Below, one piece after another: positions 1-13,875 of a stretch of 64,000 nt of DNA (the first letter of the stretch is position 1; every line of letters begins with the position of its first letter). Origin of the DNA: Diadema antillarum (lineage: Eukaryota); NCBI RefSeq assembly GCF_040938485.1, contig NW_027272576.1, forward strand, positions 124,001 to 188,000. The letters run 5' to 3'. The notes under the pieces are model-generated. The model saw only the letters and a program-made list of their open reading frames with translations, was not told the origin of the DNA and searched no databases. Both the position numbers and the translations under genes were made by a program.

Positions 1-469
1 ATGTTTTCAATTACGTCCCGGACACTCTGGAATGTGCAAATGTTCGTTTCAATTTCGTCTTTTGTCGATCGATTTTGAAACATTGTCATCAATTTCCTGC
101 TCTGTCATCTGTCTTTGTCAGTTGCAATTTAAATTTGTTGGTAACAGTGGCTGAGCACGAGACAGCACAATCGATTTCGTCTATACCTAATATGTTGGGG
201 ATGGTTTTTGTCAAAGTTTCACTCAAAATAGTCCCCAAGATATACGGAATATCACCACATTTACGTCGTTTTATCTTACGTTATAAAAACTAATTTTCAT
301 TTCACAGAACTCACTTATCTTAATACTCACAAAAATTAGTGACCAATTTGATAACAGCATTCATAACTTTTTTTTTCCGCAAACAACAACGGTAACATTC
401 ATAAATCGCTGAGCGGCAGAGAAGAATTTCAGTGTCCAAGTTCATCGTGTCACTGCTTGCAACCAGGGA

Positions 470-540
470 TAGCCTGGTGGTAGTGTCGCTGCCCGGAAAG
501 GAATAGATGACAGGTTCGAGTCCCGTGGTTCATTTTCCGG
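470..540 (+). mobile_element. tRNA-derived SINE head
   Basis: A-box-like TAGCCTGGTGG and B-box GGTTCGAGTCC; no intact cloverleaf. Confidence 0.55.
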
Positions 541-1797
541 ACATGTTTGTTAAATTAATGATCAGCAGTTGCGATCTTACAAATTTCATTTGTATAGGGA
601 GACAAATTGAAGAAAAGTTACCTCTCCCTTGATCCCTCTGCTTAACATTCTCTTGCTTTCATTAGTGCCTTGTCCGCCTTGGACTCCTCAACTTAACAAT
701 GTCGGAATTTTGGAGCTGGGGTCTTTGTTCCAAGTTCATCATTCTCTTGCTTCCAGTGGATGTTGACGCAGTAGAATACTTGATATCATATGTAAGTTTG
801 ATTCACATACATTAAAAAAAAGCCCGGAAATGAATGACAATTTGATGAAATTAGAAGGGGATTGGAATGCAGTAAGCTTTTCTGGACGAAATCGAATTAA
901 GAATTGATGAAATTGAACGCAGAGGTGACGAAATGGGCGGGAAAATCTATATCTAAAGCCAGTCGGCATTGGAAGTATGTCTCCGTGCAAAGGAGGAGGA
1001 GCACACGTTTTCTCGAAAGAGCGTACAAAGAGTCAGTGTTAGTTCACGTCACTCGAGTTGACAATGGTTCGGAAGAACAGAATCTAAGACTCTGATTGTC
1101 CCATTTCATAGTTGCCGTGATCACCCAAAATTTTTGATAACCATGGCAACTGTGAAATGATTTGCAGTGTCATTCTATGTTCGTTTTCACTTTTAAGAAC
1201 AGAGTGATATCACGCAAACAAGAGACAGACATTTTATTAAAAGCGGAAACAGCACTGGTCACATACACGTGTTTGCAGCTTTTTTTCTTCTTTTTTTTTT
1301 CATCACGGTTAGCAAAGTCATAACGGCACCAGAGTGCTTCCACGAGAAGAATACAATATTTCATATATTTCTTTTCTTTTCTTTTTTCGATTAGATTCAA
1401 GAAATAAAAATAGAATATTTTTGTGTGGGTAGGTGGAATAGTTGTGAGGCGATGTCACCATAAGCTCTTGTGATTCGCATCGGTGGGTGGATGCTAACCC
1501 TTTCTGTACGTGGTACTTTGGACATGAGGATTTCTTGACCAATCGGCATCAATAACACACAAATGGTTATGAAGGTGCTCTTCAAGCACAAGTGAAAATG
1601 CGACACTGCAATAACTTGTTTATTTTGCCTCCACTTTTAATGAGACCTATGCCTTGATTGAGTTTTAGATTGCCATCTATGAAGTCAACTTGAACACGAA
1701 GTGTCATTGCATTTGAACCAGTCGGGACTTGTATAGTCTTTACATATTTCCCTCCTTAATGCGCAGCGTCTCTCATGCTAGGGTAAACTTCATTGGG

Positions 1798-1798
1798 C

Positions 1799-1858
<60 letters not shown>
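1798..1858. repeat. (TCTG)n microsatellite
   Basis: Direct reading. Confidence 0.95.
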
Positions 1859-1859
<1 letters not shown>

Positions 1860-2735
1860 CAAGTCCGAAGAACATGGGAGAAAGGAACGCTGCACTTACA
1901 CGGGCTGCAACCAACCGCATTCATTGATGAAACAAGCGGGCGGAGCATTTCGATTAAAAGTGAAGTTGTTTTAGGCGCACTGTAAATACATAGGCCTACT
2001 TTTATTTTGTCCTCTTTTTTGAGCTGACAATTTAAGTAGAGGAGATGCGGTTATTGTTGAAGTTATTTTCTTGTGATCAGGGTACTAGTTGTTTTGCTGA
2101 GAAAGAGATCGATGTTTTGATGTCATTTCTTTGCGCAGAATGATGCTGAGAAAAGACCCCTTTAAAGTTCAGAGTCAGCACACTTCCTTATTGCTGACAT
2201 GTGGTTTACAGGCAGCGGAATTAGTAGGAGTATACGAGGGCGTACAAGGCTTGTCTCAGGCCAGCTTGAATCATCGTGGGTAGACGTCTCTCATCCCCTG
2301 ATACAAATCAATCTGTCACATACGATTTGCCAGCCGATTGCCCGCCTTCGCGAACCAGCGAAATCCAGAGGAGAAACACAACTCTGCCGCTGTTTACAAG
2401 CGCATGCAGCCCGAAGTGAACACAAGATGGCGCACTTCCACTTCTCCTTTCCATTTTGCTTGCTTGTAAACGGACAAACTGTATGCGAATATAAATTTTT
2501 TACCTTTACCTATTGCAGAGTACTGGTATCTACGCCAGCAAAGTAAACATCGTACTCCTGCCATACGTTATTGAACGGTCAAAACTTTAATCTAACACGG
2601 TTTCTTTTAGATGTGTGCAATAAAAACGGGAAAAAAATGTTGCGCACCTCGATAATATGTGGCGGTTTGTGGCACAAAGTCGTAGGCATACCGTAATTCC
2701 ATCGAGAAAGGGCTCACGATTATGAATGGGATTAT

Positions 2736-2894
2736 NNNNNNNNNNNNNNNNNNNNNNNNNNNNNNNNNNNNNNNNNNNNNNNNNNNNNNNNNNNNNNNNN
2801 NNNNNNNNNNNNNNNNNNNNNNNNNNNNNNNNNNNNNNNNNNNNNNNNNNNNNNNNNNNNNNNNNNNNNNNNNNNNNNNNNNNNNNNNNNNNNN
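2736..2894. other. Assembly gap (N)
   Basis: Run of N. Confidence 1.
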
Positions 2895-3353
2895 TATTAT
2901 TTCCGACCCAACTCACTGCGAATGACGTTTTACCAATGCAACCAACAAAGCATGACGGAATTATAGAAAGGGCTTTCGGAATTATGATATCTGTTTTATT
3001 CGGAAATTCGATTCATGTCAGTAGATCAAGTGTGCAGTAGTGGCGTAGCGCTTGTCAAAAGGTCGTTTGTCATGTTTTCATTATCCTTAGACTAAATGTG
3101 CAATGGCCATTGTGGATCGACACTGCCGTCCCACCATGACAGAAGGGAGTAACTATGTGGAATGAGTTTCTTAGTAAATGAAGAAAAATGTCATTGTCTT
3201 ATTAGTGAATAATTATGTATAATTGCTTCCTTTTGATATGTCTATATTTCAGAAATTACGGGTCATGTGACCTCAATTTCTTCACCATCATGTAGAGCAT
3301 ACAAAAGTACCTCAAATAAAAAAAAAAAATCAATTTCGATAAAATTAAGAGTT

Positions 3354-3600
3354 GAAGAGTTTGTTTGCAAAAGCCGATAAGTCCATATTTGCCAAATGGA
3401 GATATTTGCGATTAAAGGTCGAGAAAAATAAAGAGAATAATAAGAAAATTTTTGCTTCTTTTGACCATAACATCAAAAATGTACCTTTATATGTAGTGAC
3501 CAATATATCATTTAAAAGGTATTATTTTGTGCTTTATGACAGAGACCGTACTTCAAAATCTTCAAAAATGGACTTATCGGTTTTTGCGAACAAACTCTTC
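3354..3600. repeat. Inverted-repeat pair (about 38 bp), MITE core
   Basis: gaagagtttgtttgcaaaagccgataagtcca versus tggacttatcggtttttgcgaacaaactcttc. Confidence 0.6.
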
Positions 3601-4287
3601 AGTTGCTTCCTTTTGTCATGAGACGGCAGCATGATGCTCTATAATTCATATTTTGATCATGTCCAATCTCAGTGAAGAATTAAGACTTAGTGCACCTTTT
3701 TTCAGGGTGGTAAAAGGTGGGGTAGGGTCTGTGACGTATCGATCCTGCACTTTGTAGATTAGATAAGTGTTTCCGCGAAAGTAATCGAAAGGTGCTGACG
3801 TGAAAAAGCGGTGAGCTACTAATTATTATACTCCAACACGGCAACACCACATATACACGGTCACAAAAAACAAAAGTGAAAGAGAGGAGACGGTTACGTG
3901 ATTGTCTTATGACATTGTGGCCAAACTATTTGCGGGAAAATAGTTTGTCCTGCCTTATAATGCAACATCCTTAATTTACGGCTGCTGGAGTTGAACAAAG
4001 CACTGTTCAGCAGAAACAAATTGAAAAAACAAACATACAAACGCAGTCCTTTTATAATCATTACAGTGTATTGATAATGCTAAGAGCAACCGATTAAAAA
4101 TGCAAGTCACATTGTGACGCATTATTAACAAAAATGGACACACCGTTGCAACATGTTTGCGTTATCGTGATCATGATAATCATATTCTTTTTCATTTCGT
4201 TTGCATTTTGAATGATGATAGACCTGTCAACCTATAACAGAATCCAATCAAATGTGTGTTTTGTGTATTTCCTATTTATTTTGCCAG

Positions 4288-4453
4288 GGAGACCAGTAAG
4301 ACTCGTGTGATCAACATCGTTCAGACGGATCTGTGTGGGATGCTACCCCAGTCTGTGGTCGAGTCTGCCCTCCCTAAAAATCTCATCGAGTTCTTCGTCG
4401 ATCTCGACGCCGCGCTCAAGAACGACTACTTAACCAAGTTGTCGACCCCGTGA
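4288..4453 (+). CDS. Terminal coding exon of a START-domain lipid-transfer protein (STARD4/5/6-like)
   Basis: Acceptor ttttgccAG|G at 4287. Reads ETSKTRVINIVQTDLCGMLPQSVVESALPKNLIEFFVDLDAALKNDYLTKLSTP*. QTDLxGxLPQSxV followed by an amphipathic helix matches the STARD4/STARD5 C-terminus. No upstream exons found in the window. Confidence 0.85.
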
Positions 4454-7400
4454 AGTCCCACCGCCCATGCTCTCCGCTCGGCATCCCCCCGCTGGCTGTG
4501 GCAAGCTAACCACCAAGGCAACGTTCATACTTAAACAGGTCAAAGTACTTTGCCGTCTCCAAGATCCCATGCAGTGCGACATCGTTATATCAATCAATAA
4601 CTATTGTGGCCCTCTCGAAAATGTAAACGTACATACCTTACATGGAAGCACGTTTGTTCCAGAGGAGTGAACAACTGGAATTCGAACAAATTTTATTCAG
4701 AGATACACGTATTTCCAAATATGATTATGGAGCTCGTTCCGAACAGTTTCCATGTGAAAGTGTTATTTAACATGATTAAGAAAACACAATTATGCAGAGC
4801 AACCAGCAAGCTGTAAACATTAATACTTCATGGTATCATGTCAGTATTCCCAAGATCACAAATGGAATTGATTGAAATCAATCAATACTAGTGCCAAACT
4901 TTTTTAGAACGAAGACAAGGACGTTTCTACTCTCATGAAATTGAATTTGAATGACGAATTGTCGGAAAGCCAATAATTTCGCCTGCCAGAAAAATCTTTC
5001 GTTAACGGTGACACACTTTTTTTCTTAAATACAAAAAACAATAATCATATTGCTTACTCATTTCTAACAAATAAATTTCATGATTAAGCAGTGCTGTGTC
5101 GGGGGAAAAACAAGAAAAAACAAAAATCATCGTCATGTTTGTGTAGGATCATATAATGCTTGTGTAATTCAAACTTCTTACAAATGAAAGTCCTTTCGAT
5201 GGCAAGAAATGGACAACTGAGGTCACGAGACCTATAGTAGTCACGTGATAGACTATACTTACTAGTAACGTCATTTTTTGGAGCGGCAACTTGTGGCTTG
5301 TTCGTGTGAACGTTCCTTGTAGTGTTCTATGCCCTAATTCTGCTTGTCACTATGCACAATTTCCGTGTGCTTTCTTTTTTTTTTCGTTGGCCGTCACAAA
5401 TGTATATTTTTTTTTTGTTTACCATATTCTAGGTTAGCTTTCGTATTTAGATAAACCAACAACAGCAGACACAGTGTATAGAGTATAAATTATTCATCCA
5501 CACTGTTAAACACAAATTGCGTTACGTGATATGGTGTAAAGTATGTTGTATTTCTCATCTTTCGTGGCATATGCTAACTGAAGTTATCGAGCAACCTCCT
5601 GTAATACGGTTTCCTAGTCATTGGAAATGTTATTTATTTATTTGCAAGCATTATAGTGCCATAAAATCTGAGAAGGCGTAGAACTTATTTTATTTCCTAT
5701 TAGCACTTAGTTAGTTTGATGCTCCTTACTTGTGTGTTACAATGGACGAGCCCGTCATACGTGGATTTGTACGCCTGGAGATGTCAGCCCTTAATTGTGT
5801 TACGACGAGCAGCATTTCTGTAATCAACAGCGCGAGGGCGATATTTTGTAAATAAACGACATTTGAGCCGTTTTTCTTTTGTATGTCTTTTAATAACCGT
5901 TACCACGATAGCTCCAAGCAGATGTGACGTTTGATTTCAAGTTGAAGTGTTACTAAAAACAGACGTCAAAGGCAGAGTCAGTGATAAGAGAGAATGAGCT
6001 GTAAGCCTGTGTTTTTTGATGTACTGAATGTGATTTAATGCTGCATGTACACACATTGTAATGGTATGGCGTCTGCGTGTCCACTTCGTGGTAAGTCACT
6101 CGATTTCGCTTTGATCAGGTTCGATTTGCACAAGAGTGTTAACTTTGAGCTTCCCTTCCATTAGTTCATACATTATCATCTCTCTCTATAAAAGCATTGT
6201 TAGATCTCACAACATTTTGAATAATAGCAATGTAGTCGTATTCATCCAGGGTATCCTCATGCAAATTGTCGGCTTTTTCCCAGTAAACCAATAAATATTG
6301 CCCTTGCATTGCAAGGTAACCCCGTGAAAATATTCATGACTGCAATAGGGTAAGACTTTGTTCTCAAATAATGAACCCGCAGGATTATATACACAAACTC
6401 GGTAAATTATGTGTAGGGACCAAAGTGATCCTCATTTGACCTCAATGACAGATTTGCCATGATCCGAAACCTCTATGAGAATTTTCTGCCTTGTTCTAAT
6501 ACGACTGAATGATCTAGATTCATTTCCAATAATCATAATCATAATTTACGTTTGCTTGTTCACACTGCTGACGTAATAATTGGCAAATCAATTCATAATA
6601 TCCAGGGGTGACAGTAATATTTCTCATGTCCTTAAATCGTCACGGATAGCCTTAATTTTCAATAAGAGGGGTGATAGCTGAGCTGGTAACAAGTTCATCT
6701 ACATCAATGAGTATTTGAAGAGAGATTCTACAAACAATAGCCAAATGGGGAAAAACTGACGGAAATTTGCCCCCTGGATAGAGATAAAACATACATTAGT
6801 AATTGTAACTACTATCATCAAAATAAACAACGTTTGATCGATGACAAGAACACCATGTTGTTTCCATGTCAGTGTATATGTCCAATTACTGGTGTTACAG
6901 TGCTGGTATATATTTGCGACTTGTTCTATTTTGTATTGATGAATGTGTCCCTACAAATACCATTCACCAGCAGCAAATGTTCAAGATACAAATATGCTTG
7001 CTTCGTGACTACCATATTCCATTTATTGGTAACTTGGTCCTACTGTTGGGGAAAAAAGCGGTGTTAGATATGACACATTGAAGTTGTAATATCGTGATAG
7101 ATATACATAATTATACAACGAGCTGTCATGAGTGAATTTTGTGTGTCTGTTTGTTGGATAGATATGCGACGATCACTGTGTTGGCAAATGGAAACTGATG
7201 TATTCTTGTACGTTATATGCAAATTTAATGCAAAGCCTTATATTCAATGATGCACCTGATTCGAAATCGTGGAAATTGTGTCGAAGGTCAGTACGCTGGA
7301 AGTGGTGAAAATTCTAAAATAGGTTACAGTTGTGGGTCTTTCTTGATGTGAACAAAATAAGCCGTAAAATACCGTATAAATGTCTTACTCTAGTTTCTCT

Positions 7401-9154
7401 GTATATTTGTCTTGTTTGTTCTTCTCATGAACCAAAATTTTCAACCGTTTTGTAGCAACTCTCGTGTAGACAACGGGATCTTTACTAACGACTCACTTTT
7501 CCGCTTCGACCGTTTTACACAATGGTGAAGGGCGCCCCCTCTCTAAAATCGTCCACTCTGGTCCCACCCTGGCACGGATCACGTTTCTAACTACGGCGGG
7601 TGATGTTAACTGCTTATCACACGATCTGGTTGGGAAGAATCTAAGCAGATAGTTGCGTTGTATTCGATGTTTTTTGCGCGTATATACAGAAGAAGATTCC
7701 CACTTTAATAGCTCACTGGACCGGGATGACCTATGTATGGCCTATGCATTAAAGGTGTGGAAATATGTCCTGAAGACGACAGGTTATATGAATGGCTGTG
7801 GTGGTGAAGTGTAATGTCGATACAATGTACATGTACATGTACAAGCATGATTAGTGGGGAAAACCACAGGGCTGTATTTATACGTAAATACAGCTCTAAA
7901 ATGGGAAAAACCCAAACAAACACGTCGGATATATTGTCTCGGGCTGAGCACGTGATCAGCAAAAATTGAGCTTTTTGTACATCTATTTTAGGTGAGATAC
8001 AAGCCCAAGCCCCAGACGGTTTTGTAGGAATGGTAATCTGTAGCATAATAGGTGATGTTTTTTGTCTTTTTTTTTCGACTTAGTAATGTAAAGCACTAAA
8101 TTTTATTTTATGAAAGTTGAAAGTTAAAAAAAGAGGAAATAAAAGAGTTCTCTACTTCCTTTTAGCTTCTTGTTAGGTTACTTTCTGTATTCGGCCCTCA
8201 AAAGCTTAGAGCATTATTATGAGTAGAGTCACGAATTTCTATGAAGAGAATCCCGTATATTTCATAACTTATAGCGTATCACCTATGCACAAACAAGCAA
8301 ATGGGATTGATATACTAGTAGACGAGAATACACTACCCAATAAAAACTACTACTGCATACGGCACTGATATATTGATGATTAGAGCGCCACCAACGTGTG
8401 ATCACACCTTTTCGTACAATAATTCTGTTGACCGCATCATTTCTAGTGGCTTCCCATGTCCTCTGGTGTATGATAGCCAGTAATAGTATATAATTATCCG
8501 CGTTTTTCAAAGACGCGAGATAAGTTTCTTCGGTTTGAATAACGTCAACTCGTAGCTCGTTGCATTATCGCATGATTATCCACATTCGATAGCGATATAA
8601 TGTATAGCTTTCAAAGCCATTAGCGTCGAATTGCCCGCCATAAAACTCGTGAACATGTTACACTATGCTATCAGTATATGCTTACAAGTGTTATGCCGAA
8701 TCAAGATAATATTATGTCAGACATATGTAAAACGTTGTGTATATATATATGAATCCACGAATTATTCGTATGGTCTCTTGTTGGTACGGAGCTGCATTAA
8801 TATGGATGTGTTGACATTGTTTCGTGAACCACGATAATAAAACTATATTGTTGTTTCGCTGGGAACAAAGACTAACTGTGTAAACGGTGACTGCAATCTT
8901 GCCTTGTATTGTGTGTTATTATCCTCAAGTAGTGTATGTGACCATGCGGAAGAATGGGATCGAATTCTGTCAGGTCTATAGAAGCATTTACTTTTTCTTA
9001 TTGGAGGGGGGGGGGGATCGGGGAGAATATTCACACTAATAACTTGATATCAGCCAACAGGATATACTGTTTTGCTAAGTGGGAGTGAAAGTTGGAGAGA
9101 ACCTTGATGGCTTTGCCCGATTCTATGCCTACATGATTTCAAGTGCCATCTTAA

Positions 9155-9714
9155 AGGACTAGTTCACCTTCATATACATGTGGAATGAGTGAATGCAGCA
9201 ATATTATTAACACACATCAGTGAAAGTTTGGGGAAAAGCGGACAATCCGTTCACAAATGAATTTATTTAGATATCTCCTCAGTCACTCCTGGATGAGAAG
9301 ACTCTACTACAGTGCATGAAGTCACATGCGTACGACAATATAAGAAAATGTAAAGAGAAGTTCACATATTTTTAATTCTTTGAAAAAAAGGGGAGATTTC
9401 CTCGACATGGCTCTGACGTATCTTGAGGGTAATATTATTACTCATGCCTTCTCAAAGAGCGAAGTCAAGTGTCCTTTTATTATGGGAGAAAAGTGAAATA
9501 TATGTTGAATTTCCTTTATGGTTTTCTTTATATCGTTGTACACATATGACGTCACAGGCTGTAGTAGTCTTCTCATCCAGCAGTGACTGAGCAGAAATTT
9601 CAAAAATTTATAAATTTAACGGGTTGTCCAAGTTTCCTCAAACCCTCACTGATGTGTTCACCTGATATTGCTGCATTCACTAAATCCACGTGTATAAGAA
9701 GGTGAACTTGTTCT
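9155..9714. mobile_element. TTAA-flanked MITE with long imperfect TIRs (Kolobok-like)
   Basis: TTAA|AGGACTAGTTCACCT...AGGTGAACTTGTTCT|TTAA; arms of about 200 bp are reverse-complementary. Confidence 0.75.
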
Positions 9715-10189
9715 TTAAATCAAATTGTGCGTTCTGCCGGTTGTTCGGTTGTCCATATTCACTCTTCCCATTTCATAGTGTTTGGGATATTAGTATATAG
9801 GATACAAATGTACCTGCATACAATTGTCATTTCTCTCATTATGAACGGTACAAATACTTCAGTTGTTCATAAATAGTGTGCCAGCCTAAACAAAAGGAAC
9901 TAATGTGTGCATGAACATGCATGTGAAAAATGTGTGGGTGGGTACGTGCGTGTGTGCGCGTGTGCGCATGTGTGTAAGTATGAGGATTAGTATGAAGAAT
10001 AGACCCGTTCAAGATATGCCTGGTTTTTTTTTTTGGGGGGGGGGGGGAGCAGAAAGGAAACAAAAGACAACTGACGAAAAATTTATATTCACAATCTCTT
10101 CTATTCAGAACTCTTAGGGTCACCCATTTTATCAAATTGCAACCGCAACCCGTTAGGTAAAAGTGTACATAGTCTCAAACCAACTTTAA

Positions 10190-10549
10190 AGGCATTATTT
10201 TCCATTTGCAGATAAACAAAGACCCAGCTTTAGCGCTTCAAAATAGTTCTAAAATGTGAGTTAGGGATAGAAACAACCAATGTGAAAATGTTAATCAGTA
10301 TAATCAATGTTAAGTATTGCTAGATATACAAAATGTGATCAATAGTGATAATGAAATTGTTTCTAGAATAAACCGTCTCAGTTACGGTTTATTGAGGAAA
10401 ATAATTATATCGCCTTATATTTTAGGCTTTATTACAAAATTTCTATATAGTGGGATGTTTTGTGATACAACTGACCTATACTTATCATGTTTCAAATGTG
10501 ATAATTTGATCATTTTTTAAATCACTGCTCCCAATGGTAAACAATACCT
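10190..10549. mobile_element. Degenerate TTAA-type MITE
   Basis: ttaa|aggcattatttccattt versus aatggtaaacaatacctttca. Confidence 0.5.
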
Positions 10550-12480
10550 TTCATGTTTTAGTGAATGTGGCTATCCATCTTTAGAAAGACTGGTGTAAGG
10601 TAGACAAGGTTAACGTTTTTAAGTAATGTGCAACAATAGAGATGTATTAGTTTAATACGCAGTGGAGGTTAACCTCTTCGTCTTCCTTACCCCTCCCACG
10701 GCAAACATGTACCTTGTTGAATGCAACTATTTATCCTGCAACTTCCGATGGCGAAATTCAGAGATTCCGTCACCTTTTCTAGAAAACTGCAATAATTATG
10801 TTTACACTTATTGTCATTATCCACATTTGCAAGTCATACTACTTCGTTCTATAGGAGAATACGCGTCATTGTTTATAACAACGTCTTTTTTCCCCCATAT
10901 GTGGCCTTCCATGTTGGTTGTAATTACCATCACGGTTTTGTTTTTTCTTGTAACCATCAATGTCGTGACAATTCTTTCAGATGAAACTATTTTGATCAAC
11001 ATAATAATCATAATTGATACCAGCATATCTAATTTTACTGCAACACTTAACTTACAAAAGCTAAAAGATGACATCTGCTTATCACGCGATGTGATAAAAC
11101 GCAACTCAGATATATATATTTGTTAAACACACAAACGTACGCACATTTACCCACGTTAATGCCATATGACGTAGGATGGAAAATAAAAATAAAAAAGAAC
11201 CACAATCTTTTCACCTGTGTTTACGTTCATTTACTTCGCTAGAATGCGATGACTACCTATACATAATTAACAACAATTGCTTTCAAGGACTGATCACCCA
11301 TCCGTCACCTCGGTAAATACAAGAAGGCTTATGAGAGAATAAGAGAAAGTGGTAGCAAGCAAAAAATAGGTCAACTTGATTACTGGCCAAAGGGCAAGCA
11401 GTGGGATGAGAATGTCTTTATTTTCACAATTTTGATACCATGGACTATAAAGGAAAATATAAAAATGGACATGGTATCTTCACGCTACTAGATCTTTAAC
11501 CCCTATTGTAAAATTATTTTTAAGAAAACTTTCGAGAAACACTTTCTCGAATGCCAAACTCCAAAACGGCTTCACTAACCTTTGTCCGCGGTATGCAGTG
11601 GATGAATATGAATTAAGGTAGCTCAATGTACAGATCTGAGCAGGTAGACTTTATAGTTCAAAGTTCATTTCATTACATTCCGTGTCTAGATGCGATATCG
11701 CTCTACAGACCTGACAATCAACAAGCAAGAAGGTCATCACGATGAAAACAAGATGAATAGCTCCAAAATGTTTCGATGAAGACGATGGCGAGAGCGGAAA
11801 AAAAAAGGCTCAAGCGTCTTTTATTCACGACGGCACTACGACGGTAATGGGAGACCTCATTTTCAGGGGCTTTCGAACTTCCTCCTCATAGTCTGTGGAT
11901 GGTATTCATTTTCACAATGCATATCGTACGTGGACTGTATTCTGTTTTACACGAGCACGATCATGTTTGTTTGCTTGTTTCATTTTCATCTGAGAAGATG
12001 GCTGGATAGCCCATATTCAGCTATGCTATTAAAAGCAGGCCTTCCATGGGGTCCAGTTGGATGTGTAAGGCGGGACCACTTCAAGGGGTAAAACACCCTG
12101 CTCTTTGCGACGAATAAATGAAGTGAGATCTTTTGTATCATATAGATGTTTAGCCATTCAAGCCTGTAAAAATATTACAGTAATAATAATCATAATCTGA
12201 GGCTGATAAGGGCGAATGTCACGACAAGATACACGTTATTTGGAGGCTGGACAGGCTTAATTTCTTTGCAATTTATGGGGTTACACGTATATTTCAGGTT
12301 AGATTCCAAAAACACGGGAAATTCTGGAAATTTCAATAATTATGACTGGAATGAAATGAGTTGGTCTACTCAAGGAGTTTTCACTCTTTTTTGTCTACTT
12401 GAGATACGGAACACGAAAGAGACTCAATCTTTCATGGGTTTCATATTATATCGTAATAAGCGCTAGATAAATATTTCATA

Positions 12481-12536
<56 letters not shown>

Positions 12537-12660
12537 GTCATTATCACTATTATTATTATCATCCCCATTATCATTATAATAATAATAATCATCATCATTA
12601 TTATTATTATTATTATTATTATTGTCATCATTATTATTATCATTATTATTATTATTAGTA
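12481..12660. repeat. (ATT)n/(ATC)n microsatellite
   Basis: Direct reading. Confidence 0.95.
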
Positions 12661-12937
12661 TTGTTATTTTCTTATCATTTGCCGATTTTTTTTATTTTGA
12701 GCAGTTGTGTCTATGGATAATGAATTAGCTGTGAGGCTTATTGGGGATTTATACCTGGATGTCAATCGGTTCATTCCCTATGTGCTGTTTCTATTTTAAG
12801 TTGCTTTAACTCTCTCAACACCACAGACATCTAAGTACGTATATCGCACACTATTTCCATTGTGTACCATAGGGGGTTAATTCTCTGTCAGTTATATACC
12901 GTGGCTATATCTGTATATACCTTGCATTCCTCGCCTG

Positions 12938-13084
12938 AGTGTGTGTGTGTGTGTGTGCGCGTGTGCGCGTATGTGTGTGTGTGTGCGTGTGTGTTTACGT
13001 ATGTGTGCAGTGTGCAGTGTGAGTGTGTGTGTGTGAGTGTGTGTGTGTGTTTGTATTTTTGTCTGTCTGTCTGTCTGTCTGTCT
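12938..13084. repeat. (GT)n and (GTCT)n microsatellite
   Basis: Direct reading. Confidence 0.9.
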
Positions 13085-13597
13085 ATATCAGTGCGTGTGT
13101 CAGCTCGTCCTTGAAAGAAGAGAGCGAGAGGCAAAACATATTCGTCATCAAACCAAAGTGTCTCGTGAGTCAAACTTTGCAAAGAAGTTTTCTCTGTTGC
13201 TCTTAGGCCTATATCTGGTCAAACGCCGGTTGATTGGGGATTTCTGCAGTGAGCCAGTTAGCACGGCTTATCGATCAAAAATCACCAGTCCAAAACACGT
13301 GGATAAGCGTGAACAAAATCTTCAGTGAGCTGCAGCGCGATTTAATGTGGAATGAAAGATTTTTCCTTGCTTTAAAACTACGCATAAAAGATCATTTAAA
13401 AGCAAACCAGCGCGATGGAAGGCCCCTTTCCGGAAGTTGGGCAGCGCAAAGTTGGCATGGTGATTGATCGGCCTTCTTCTACCAGTTTAGTACAAACAAC
13501 ATGCACTCATAAACTCGTCTATAGATGTAATCAGTCTTCCCACCTCCCTGATGTAATGGAGTCACAATGCGAACTGATGAGTTCAGTTGTTTATATT

Positions 13598-13632
<35 letters not shown>

Positions 13633-13688
13633 AATGGGATCAGCTTGTAGTGCGGGAAATCTTTGTGAATGCATGCATTTCACATACA

Positions 13689-13875
13689 CAGTCAAACCTG
13701 TCCATAGCGGCCATCCATGCAAGTGAGACGATAAACGTGGCTGTTAATAGACAGATGGCCGCTAATGCAGTGTCGTTAACACGGCTTTATTAATCTCGGG
13801 GGCATTGTTTTTAGTGGCCGTATATGGCTGGTGACTGCTATAAACAGGTGGCCGCTAAAGCAGGTCATTTGACCG
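13689..13875. mobile_element. pogo/Tigger-type MITE
   Basis: CAGTCAAACCTG...CAGG(TCA)TTTGACCG followed by TA. Confidence 0.65.

Noticed and set aside
1-260. 57-codon minus-strand open stretch (KCGDIPYILG...)
   Set aside because: Looks like decayed coding sequence but has no recognisable motif; cannot be assigned.
665-790. Possible upstream START exon (AG...GTAAGT, open frame)
   Set aside because: Translation shows no START-like motif; both strands are open, so it is uninformative.
2199-2546. 115-aa ORF
   Set aside because: No domain similarity or convincing splice context.
6600-7080. Possible very old LINE fragment (FCIDECVPT...)
   Set aside because: Only one short motif resembles LINE ORF2; insufficient evidence.
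12862-13328. ORFs of 96-114 aa (CVCV/THTH); similar ones at 9839-10135, 16000-16270, 29694-29939 and 59210-59564
   Set aside because: Translations of microsatellites or homopolymer runs.
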